From NCBI GenBank assembly GCA_964035545.1, contig OZ037767.1:17233781-17297780 (forward strand): a DNA stretch of 64,000 nt, given 5' to 3'. Made by a program: the position numbers and the translations under genes. Positions 53,501-64,000 of this stretch are shown here, piece after piece. Every line of letters starts with the position of its first letter. Position 1 is the first letter of the stretch. The DNA comes from Bugula neritina (taxonomy: Eukaryota; Animalia; Bryozoa). Below the pieces are notes generated by a model, which was not told the origin of the DNA, did not search any database, and saw only the letters and a list, made by a program, of their open reading frames with translations.

Positions 53501-54748
53501 TTATATATTCTTATTCTCCGTCATCTATAATTAGCAATTGGTAGCTTATTTATTCATAATTCCATTCAAGCTCATAATTAGAATTGTTACAATTAGTTTG
53601 CAGTATTTTCAACTGAATATTAGTAGCTATGAATTTTAGTATTATTCCACACATGTAACTGTACCAGTATATCAGACAAAGATGTACATTCTGTTGGCTA
53701 GACAGAAGTTCATGAAAGATGATTATAGATGTTATTACTGGGTTAAACAGATAAAGCTGATGAGAGAAGATAACTACAGACAATATCCAATGAATAATTA
53801 TTTAAATCTGCAGTGTATAGCAGCAACACTGTTAACGTTATTATGTTACAAGTCATTGGTGAGCATAGATGTACATGAACTTAAGTCACTATATGGAAGG
53901 AAATATCATCTTAAATAACAGCTAGAACGGCTAGACATTCATCAGCTAAAAGGAACATATTATTAGATTTTGTATTGTCTAGATTTTCTGCCATAAAGCT
54001 GTCTTTGAAACACAAATTAATGTAAATCTGAAAAGTTGACCTCACCTTGAACTCTGTGTTCTGCTTCATCCTGACACTGTTTAAGGTAAGACACAGTGTT
54101 TGTTTTTCCTGTTCTTTTTGCAACACTTAAAGGAGTCTCATTCTCTGTGTTGTGAGTTTTGAGTAGCTCTAGTTGCTGTTTAGCACTAAGTTTATCCATC
54201 ATTAGTTTGATAGTGTCTGTATGACCTTCCCGTGCTGCACTGTGTATGGCTGTACTATCATAACTACTCTGTATCTTGAGTATCTCAACCTTCTGATCTC
54301 TTGATACATCATCTAGTAGGTATTTGATAGTGTCCGTATAACCTCTCTCAGCTGCTCCGTGTATAGCTGTATTACCACCTCTACTCTGTATCTTGAGTAG
54401 CTCCACCTTCTGATCTACTGATACACCATCTAGTAGGTATTTGATACTATCTGTATGTCCTTCACCTGCTGCTCTTTGTATAGCTGTATAACCATATCTA
54501 CACCGTACCTTGAGTAGCTCTACCTTTTGATCTACTGATACGTCAACTAGTAGATCCTTGATAGTGTCTTCGTGACCTTTCTCAGCTGCACTCTGTAGTG
54601 TTCCATTCTTACTCAACAGTCTACATCTCTCTTCTACTGACACATGTGGAAGACAAGATTTTAACGCTCTAGTAATGGTGGCCTTTGCAGACCGACCTCT
54701 TTTTATTTTAGATAATGTTTCTCGCAGCTGTCGTGTTTTATCAGACAT
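50578..54748 (-). CDS. ankyrin-array protein copy B (3 internal repeats); exons 54748-54046, 53316-52525, 52319-52143, 52047-51901, 51776-51687, 51397-51326, 51115-50940, 50721-50578 (~766 aa)
   Basis: Same exon chain as copy A, all GT-AG and open; the true start is MSDKTRQ (the upstream YIV run is microsatellite). Confidence 0.8.
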
Positions 54749-54782
54749 TTTAATTTCTAAAATTGTTATTTTAAAAGCATTA

Positions 54783-54950
54783 CATACTATATATACTATA
54801 TATACTATATATACTATATACACTATATATACTATATATACTATATACACTATATATACTATATATACTATATATACTATATATACTATATATACTATAT
54901 ACACTATATATACTATATATACTATATATACTATATATACTATATATACT
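54783..54950. repeat. 9-bp repeat (TATATATAC)n
   Basis: Read directly; a shorter degenerate paralogue lies at 35936-36030. Confidence 0.95.
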
Positions 54951-57164
54951 TTATATTATACTATATATACTATATATACTACATACTATATATACTACAT
55001 ACTTATAATACACTATACACTGCGACTATGTTATAAAACGGAAAACACTATAATATCAATTAACTGAGTAGAATACAAGTATAGTTATTGAGAACTTCAT
55101 TAGTAAAGTTGAAAAACATGCTGTATTGTAGTGGTTGGGGGAAGTATACCCCCCCCCCAGCTAAACATTGACTATATATAATATGATGCAACTAAAGTCA
55201 AGGACGACAACTCCGCAAGCCACGCAGCAATTCCATGCGACGCCCTGCGCTGCTCTTTACGGTGAACACTGCCGGAACTTTACCCCATCCAATCAGAAGC
55301 AACTCTCTGTATATAAACTATACCTTCAGGCACTGCACTAGTCTTGGCGGTGACAGTTAGATAAATAGGTTAACTGTATGTATAGCAATTTTATGAATTA
55401 TATTCCTTTTCTCTTTTATACTTATTCTTGATTTTATCGTGCGTAATTTCCTAACAATACAGTTCTCTTGTTAAACGATCAATTAGTTTGGTTCTGTTCT
55501 AGTGGCACGCTGAGAACTAAGCCTATGAAAATAGGCTATTAGACACCTGCACCATCATGTTACCAGGAGTTACCCTATACCAGCCATTGTATAGCCGAGA
55601 TAGCTGCAAGCTAACACAAATATAAACCCGGAAAAACATAGTGAACGCCCTCGTACATCTAAAAGCTTCGTACTGGTAAGACTTGATATCACGATATGGC
55701 GCAGTCAGCATTTTACCGAACTTACCAGTGAGAAACTCTTTCTGTCCTTACAACTATAGACAATAGATAAGTACTCTCTTCAATTTATCATAATCAGTTG
55801 CAAGTGCTTTGAATATAATATAATAATATAAATGTAGTGTAATGTAGTGTAACGTAGTGTAGTGTAGTGTAGCGTAGTGTAGTATAGTGTAGTGTAGTGT
55901 AGTGTAGTGTAGTGTAATGTAGTGTAACGTAGTGTAGTGTAGTGCAGTGTAGTGTAAGGTAGTGTAGTGTAGTGTAGTGTAGTGTAGTGTAGTGTAGTGT
56001 AGTGTAGTGTAGTGTAGTGTAGTGTAGTGTAGTGTAGTGTAGTGTAGTGTAACGTAGTGTAGTGTAAGGTAGTGTAGTGTAGTGTAGTGTAGTGTAGTGT
56101 ATTGTAGTGTAGTGTAGTGTAGTGTAGTGTAGTGTAGTGTAGTGTAGTGTAGTGTAGTGTAGTGTAACGTAGTGTAGTGTAAGGTAGTGTAGTGTAGTGT
56201 AGTGTAGTGTATTGTAGTGTAGTGTAGTGTAGTGTAGTGTAGTGTAGTGTAGTGTAGTGTAGTGTAGTGTAGTATAAGAATATGTAAGTATATATGTATT
56301 ATATATAGTAGGCATATGTATCATATAACTATATAATTATTGTATGCATATGTATTATATGACTATAATTATATAGTATAATTATATGTATAATATAACA
56401 ATATAGTATGTATATGTATACTATAATATAATATAATATAATATGATGTAATATAATATATTATAATGTAATATAATATTTTACATAAACAGCATTATAC
56501 ACTCACATATCTCTTTTAGTTTATTTATTCCTCATAATATATATGATGTATTATATCATATGTAACTCACTGCACTACTTTCCTACTTCTGACAGCTATG
56601 CCCTGTATACACAGCTATTTTGTTTTCTCATAAACCAATCGGAAAGTTATTACCTCATACAATAAAAATTCCAGTTTACTGGAAGGCTCCATGGCTATTA
56701 TACTTGTGCTACGTGATCTGTTAAAAAATTGTGATCAATAATATTGTCATAATAGTTATTGATTAGCACATATAGTATACTTGGGTTGGGTTGCTAGGAG
56801 ACATGCAAAATATGTATTCTGTATTGTGTGTAAATCATGAGCTAGTATATGCAGTCTATGTAAACTTAGAACAATGTGACTATTAAATCCTTATTGTTGG
56901 CTTTGAATACTAAACAAGAAAAAATAGGCTGTGGATTGATGTGAGTTTCATGTTCCTACAATACTATTACAGAAATACATATACTGATGTATGTTATAAC
57001 AGCCCTCTGTATAGTTGTATAATAACTATTCAATGGATTTCCTGCTCACTTATGTCAATATACAAGTTAATTATATTAGAATGTTATTGTAGACAAAAGA
57101 GATGGAGAAGATATCTTATATTTTCTCATGACATTGAATTGTATGACTCACTCAGTGTCTGCAA

Positions 57165-57293
57165 GGTAATAATGACACAGGTAATAATGGCACAGGTAAT
57201 AATGGCACAGGTAATAATGGCACAGGTAATAATGGCACAGGTAATAATGGCACAGGTAATAATCGCACAGGTAATAATGGCACAGGTAATAAT
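57165..57293. repeat. 15-bp minisatellite (GGTAATAATGGCACA)
   Basis: About 8 copies. Confidence 0.95.
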
Positions 57294-58831
57294 AGAAAAA
57301 AATTCCGAAGTAGACAACAATGGCATATTTTAAATAATTATAGTTTGGAGTAGGAGTTTAAGGATGTGAAATGGAGGATTTAAATTTGGGAATGTTGGTT
57401 TTAGTTGGGGTTGGGGTTTACAAGTTGGGGGTGTGGTTCTGGGGTTTGGGTTTGGGCTTTGTGAACATTTAACATCACTGCGCCATTTTTGCCTACTTTT
57501 TCATTTTAGTCATTACTATACCTTTGCAATTTCAATTTTCACTTAACGTTGACTCACTGATGTAAGAATACACTTCAACAATATAAAATTGTAATAAAAC
57601 TACTACCAAGTATGTATACACAGGCTTACAAGAGTATATAATTATGGTTAAACATTGCCAAACTGGGAACTTCTAACCTTGAGAGTAGCAGATTTACACA
57701 TGATGTAGTTGCTGACTGGGAAAGGCAGGTGGTTGACAAGAGTTTAAGTTATCTCTCCTGTATATATTATATAATATCTGTTTCTACTTTATGCAACTTT
57801 ACAGACGACTAACAGTAAAAGTCATGTGAACCTCAGAGGTCAAGTATGTCCGATAATTGTTTAAACTTTGCTGTGTAAAGTTTTTGTGAGATACTTAGTT
57901 GAGCAACATATTAGTTTATTGGTGAAATATTTCAAGCATTGTGAAAAACCTACACAAATATTAATGAAGCAAAGTGAATGCAGTAATATAAAGATTTATG
58001 ATAAATGAGTAATAGAAACATATATGATAAAAGAGTAATATAAACATAATATTATATGATAAATGAGTAATATAGACATATAAGATAAAGTAGTAGTATA
58101 AACATATATGATAAAGGAGTAATATAAACATATATGATGAATGAGTAATATAAACATATAATATGATAAAGGAGTAATATAAGCATATTTGGCGGATGAA
58201 TAATATAAACATATATGATAAATGAGTAATATAAACATATATAATAAATGAGTAATATAAACATATATGATAAATGAGTAACATAAACATATATGATAAG
58301 GGAGTAATATAAACAGATATGATGAATGAGTAATATAAACATATATGATAAAGGAGTAATATAAACATATATGATAAATGAGTAACATAAACATATATGA
58401 TAAGGGAGTAATATAAACATATATGATAAAGGAGTAATATCAACATATATGATAAATCAATAATATGAACATATATGATAAAGGAGTAATATAAACACAC
58501 TGGAATTAAACTTTGCTTCAAGTTTGGTGTAGTCAAAAATAGTAGGAAGAGTAGATAGTAAGAAACATCTGAAAGGATGTCCCAGCTGTCAATATCATGT
58601 GATCATACAGTAAAACATGCTGAAATAAATTGATTCATGTAAATACTTCATTTCATAACTGAAATACAGATATTATGATGCAGCAATTTTATCAATGTAA
58701 ATTCTGCAACATTCACTTCTGGATTCCTAAATGTCATAGGAAAACTGTTTGTTATAAATTAGATATTTTGATAAGTTCTGAACAAATGAAGATAGTCTGC
58801 GTATACGTCAATATAGTTCACAATTCTCCCA

Positions 58832-61800
58832 TCACTTCTTCATTCCAAATATAGTAAGTCTTCCAGCTTTGGCTGCTTCTTTAACTTTAGACCAATCAGT
58901 GAGCTCTTCACACTGAGATCCAAGTGCAGACAACCCTCCTTTCTTTGAACTGTCCATCCAGTTTCCAACAACCTGTATAAAGTGTCAACAAGGTGTCAAT
59001 ATAACACCATAGTGTCTACATCATACAAGAGAAAGAAAATACAACAATTACGGTGTGGAAAATCGTTTACTAGAATAAAGATACTCAGATATAAACTCAC
59101 ACACGTAATCTACATGATAAACTAATGGCCATGTATAACAAAGGGAACAGGACTCTTAACACAATATATAAAATGGAGTACAAGACGCAACCTCATCTAA
59201 CTTGTCTTTATCCAGTACACTCAGATAGTAGATGTATCTGAATCTATCAATAGTTTTACGACATTTCCCTGTTGGTTTAAGAGCATCATGTATAGACTTG
59301 GCTCTCCCACTAGTAAGTTGTTTATGTACATATTCCATCAACTGTATAGCCTGTTCTGGTGTTTGTACTGCAAGGAACACAGGGTAAAATAGGAATATTA
59401 ACAATACAATATACAATATTTTTTACACAATAATATACTGGTGGCAATTGGTATTTGTGTAGCTGCATAGAAAGTCATGTCTCAATATATAAAAGAAATT
59501 GAGACAATACAGTTACTGTTGATGACAGAATGTGTGGGTAGACTGTATTACACTATTGAGAGTTGTCTCACCATATTGGAAACTAGTTGCCACATTAGAA
59601 GTGGAGGGTGTATTGTTAGGAGCCGGAGTGTCACAGATTCTCTCTGAAACATAACAGAATAGAAGTTTGACACTGGAACCACACAACTTTGTATGACTTT
59701 GCTCCAGCTGTTCTAGTTTGTCACAACAGCATGTCATGTGCTAGTTAGAATATGAACTACATAGAAATATGCTCCTGTAATAACAATTATATAATAAATC
59801 CTAACTAACTATAGGAGTGCTGACATAGCAGTGTATAAATCTCATCACTAAATCCCTCAATATATTTACATGTATGTATATATATGATTCCAGAAGTAGT
59901 GTAATTACTCACTCATTACTTTAACCAACCTGTTACTAGAGTTCTTTGATCTCCAACAACTACAGAGAATGGAATATCCACTTCACCAAGCATGACTGAG
60001 TCAGTGTACTCGGAAAGTTCTAGAATAATAATCAAAATGAGTTTATAACTGAGAGAGAGATGATGTGTAATATAATAGCATATGATTAATAGCATATATC
60101 AGATAGTTGAATATATGTATATCTAGGTTTAGTAAAACTTTACCATCATTTAAGACAAGACATGTGACTCTAGGTCCACACTCCTTTCCAATCAGAAGGA
60201 GAAAACTCTCAAGAGTCATGTCATCTCTGAATGGGAATACCTTGTTCCGAGAATTGATTTTCAATGCGAGTTTATTGTATTTAACAGCACCTGTACCAGT
60301 CATATGAAACAGAATTATAACTAAGTTCAATAGAGTAAAGAAATAACAATAATTGAATAGTAAACAATTAAATGAAGTCACTCACATTGAGTTGTGACGC
60401 CAGGTATAATCTGCTCAGGTGTGACTTCTACGTCCTGAAGTAGTCCCACAGTCTCAGGTACTTCCTGTGATGAAGGCTCTGTACTAACTAGTGTTTGAGT
60501 ATCTTGTACATGTGGTGGTTCAGAATACTCAGTGGTCATAGGAAAGTCAGCATTGCCAGCATCTGTATCAACATAATTGATGTCAATGACAATAAAACAT
60601 TAAATGTTTTAGGATTATCTCTATATATCTTGTTTGTAATTGAAATTGGAAGTTGTATGAAACACATGGGATGTTTATGACAATGCAATAGCTATTTCAT
60701 TCGCTGCTCTTTGACCCTATAGACAATATTTTAATGATTTATTCCAGAAGATAAAATATAACATACCCGAACTTCTAGAGACTTTGGATGTTGAGGGGAA
60801 TACATCATTATAGAGTGGTCTTTTACTTCCGGATGGTGTGTCTGACTTGTTACGCAGTGTAGTAACTCGAACAGATGAGGTGCTCTCTTGTGATAAAGGT
60901 ACTGAACTACTGCTCTCATTGGCTGTGGTATGTGATGTCAAGGTCACTGGTACAGATGTCAGAGAAGATGCATTCTCACTAAAAGATGAGTCAGTGAGAC
61001 CAAGCTGTGACACTGGATAATGAAACTGAGAGTTGGAGTTCTGCCAGTAGTTGAATGTCTGATTAGTCTCTGGTAGAGCTGCTGGTTGCATATTTGTGTA
61101 CTCTTTTGGTGTTGGTGTGGGCTGTGAGATGTTGTCATGGTTATACGGTGGCTGTGTTAGGAATGAGAAAAGTTTGGAGCTTGGAAGTGGAGGATTGAAA
61201 GGTGAATATTCCAGGGAATGTCGGAAGGGTGAAGCATTCTCTTGAGTAAATCGAGAGGGAAGACTGGTGTGGCTGGCTGGTGTTGGTGTCAACTGTGGAG
61301 TAGAAGGTGTAGGTTGGACTGGTTGAGTGGTGGAATAGTTTGACAGACTCAGCTGTGGTGGGACTTGCAAGTTACTTTGTATTGGTATAGTCAAGTCGAG
61401 GAGAGATGGTTGAAGATCCAAAGGAAGTGAATTGGGCTGGTCAGTTACTGGTTGAGGTGTGAACCATCTGGAAGGTTCTAAAGAGCCAGACTCAGCAGGC
61501 GGCGGTTGATTGCAGATGAGGTTGTTGGTTTCCAATAAGCTATTAGCTTCTTGAATCTCTAAAATATAAATTATATTGCATTCCATGGGGTTATTTTAAA
61601 GGCTGTGAGTAACTACAAGCAGTTTCTTTCTCCAAGACCATAATACCAAAATATAATATTAACAAACCAAAGTTAAAGTCTCTCAGCTAGCTCGTACTCT
61701 AATAGCTGTATAGAACAAGTCATGCATGAGCACTGAAATAAAATTATATTCTTAGTATCTGTCATTTATGATTAGCAAAATTTGGTAATTATTTTTTATT

Positions 61801-62901
61801 CATGATTCGCCTAGAAGTTCATAATTCTAATTTGGGAAAAATTGAACAATTGTTGCAATTAGTTTGCATTCTTTGAAACGGGTCATTATTAGCTATTATT
61901 AATGAGTTAGACTGGTAAAACTAGTGAGAGAAGACAACTACTGACAATATATCTAACGAATAATTATTTATATGCAGTATAACATAACAAATGACACTGT
62001 CAATATATAATTATGTTACAATAAGCCATTGGTGAGCATAGATGTACAGCTATGAAAAACTCACTAGGTAGAGGGAAATATCACAGTAAAAAAAACTAGA
62101 CATTCATCAGCTAGAAGGATTTTTTATTGTCTAGATTGTCTGCCATAAAACTGTCTGTAAAACACATTAATGTAATTCTGGAAAGTTGAACTCACCTTGA
62201 ACTCTGTGTTCTGCTTCATCCTGACACTGCTTAAGGTAAGACACGGTGTTTGTATTTCCTCCTCTTTTTGCAACACTTAAAGGAGTCTCATTCCCTGTGT
62301 TGTGAGTTTTGAGTAGCTCTAGTTGCTGTTTGGCACTAAGTTTATCCATCATTAGTTTGATTGTGTCTGTGTGACCTTTCTATGCTGCAATGTATATAGC
62401 TGTATCACCATCACCATTTTGTGTCTTGAGTAGCTCCACCTTCTGATCTACTGATACACCATCTATAAGTAGGTATTTGATAGTCTCTGTATAACCTAAG
62501 TACGCTGCATCTTGTATAGCTGTATTACCACAAATACTCTGTATATTGAGTAGCTTTACTTTCTGAGCTACTGATACACCACCTAGCAGATATTTGATAG
62601 TGCATGTATGTCCTCCCCATGCTGCTCTGTGTATAGCTGTAATTTTATAACTACCCTGTATCTTGAGTAGCTCCACCTTCTGATCTCCTGATACACCATC
62701 TAGTAGATATTTGGTAGTGTCTGTGTAACAATTCTCAGCTACACTTTGTATTGTGTTATTCTCTCTCAACAGTTTACATCTCTCTTCTATTGACACGTGT
62801 GGAAGACAGGATTTTAAACTTTTGACAATGTTGACCTCTTTAGATCGACCTCTTTCTATTTTCAATAATGTCTCTTGCAGCTTCTGTGTATGTTTCAACA
62901 T
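58832..62901 (-). pseudogene. ankyrin-array protein copy C; same exon chain but in-frame TAG at 62380-62382 in the third ankyrin repeat
   Basis: ORF 62970-62380 ends TAIYIAA* and the frame continues KGHTDTIKLMMDKLSAK (ORF 62352). Downstream exons appear intact. Confidence 0.75.
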
Positions 62902-64000
62902 TTTAATTTCTAAAGTTATTATTTTAAAAACATTCAGCAACATAATACAAAAGGGTACGTTTTGTGTCACTTTGATTTTGCCAATTTTTATTATTCATAA
63001 TATACAATTTTATGTCACAAGCCTTTTGCTACATAAACATTATACAGTATATATAAACATACTATATACTATACACTAAAATATCCTATAATTATATCAT
63101 GCACTATATACACTAAAATATACTATAAATATATCATACCATACACTAAGATACTATACTATAGAGGTAGGTGAAGTATTAATGGAAAAATTTGTAAGAG
63201 CCTGTGTTCTAGTCCACAAATGTAGCAAAAGAAGTTATGTTCTCGCAAGAATTTCAACCCGCGCCATAATTTCTGCTTTGACTGCTCTTAAGTGTAATTA
63301 TATCATACTATACACTAAAGTATACTATACTATGCTATACACTGATTATACTGATCATACTATACACTAAAGTATACTATACTATGCTATATACACTGAT
63401 TATACTGATCATACTATACACTAAAGTATACTATACTATGCTATACACTGATTATACTGATCATACTATACACTAAAGTATACTATACTATGCTATACAC
63501 TGATTATACTGATCATACTATACACTAAAGTATACTATACTATGCTATACACTGAAGATATTATAAAACAGAAAACGTTATAATACTATGATGGCCTATG
63601 TGTTACTCATTAAACAGATTGTATTGTAGTCAAACTGTATTACGGCATTCCTTCATGCTGCTCACAAATGCCGCACGGTTAGATGCCAGCCGCGATGGCA
63701 TGAACAAATCAACATCAAGCTCTCCTTTATAAGCTGGACATTATGATTGCCCAGACACACTTGGTTACTGGGACTACTACTGAGCTTACTAATTTATAAT
63801 TTTTAATATTATTGTTTAAGCTTTTATCTTGGTGTAATTGTAATTGTCAAGTGTTGTAAATATAATTTTTCTTTCAAGGACTGCAATCCCAGTTCTTTCT
63901 CTCAAATACACAAAGAGTATACTTTAGCTAACCTACTAAACTGGTTCTTAGACAATCACTTTGATGTGTGAATCTAATTCAGTTCACATAATTTGAATCA

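Larger units (their letters stand above)
28120..64000. repeat. tandem segmental triplication: unit A ~28120-48600 (incl. Gypsy insertion), unit B ~49230-56270, unit C ~57720-64000+
   Basis: Exons, introns and flanking satellites recur colinearly (e.g. 30960-31260 vs 51800-52100 vs 60043-60350). Confidence 0.93.

Overview
AT-rich, intron-containing metazoan (invertebrate-type) genomic DNA; exon structures below were built by hand from GT/AG sites and reading-frame phase. Left 28 kb: the 3' end of a gene ending in a CaaX box (CTVL), a head-to-head DTD1/ERH pair, an ectodomain-less UNC5C-like TM-ZU5-UPA-death-domain gene and a secreted reeler-domain gene, with many intronic minisatellites and SINE/MITE fragments. 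Right 36 kb: three tandem, minus-strand paralogues of an apparently uncharacterised 8-exon gene. One large exon encodes 39-aa ankyrin repeats (21, 3 and 3 internal repeats) with a near-invariant scaffold and variation concentrated at predicted binding-surface positions. It is spliced to a Ser/Thr/Pro linker, a possible ubiquitin-like domain and a C-terminal CCDC106-like domain. The copies are mosaics of each other and the third has a nonsense codon. A young but defective Ty3/Gypsy element (39493-47760) sits in a 52-bp minisatellite upstream of copy A. It has a CTAT TSD, a tRNA-Leu PBS, a -1 frameshift signal and an extra zinc-finger ORF. The variable-ankyrin family is the best candidate for an undescribed system.
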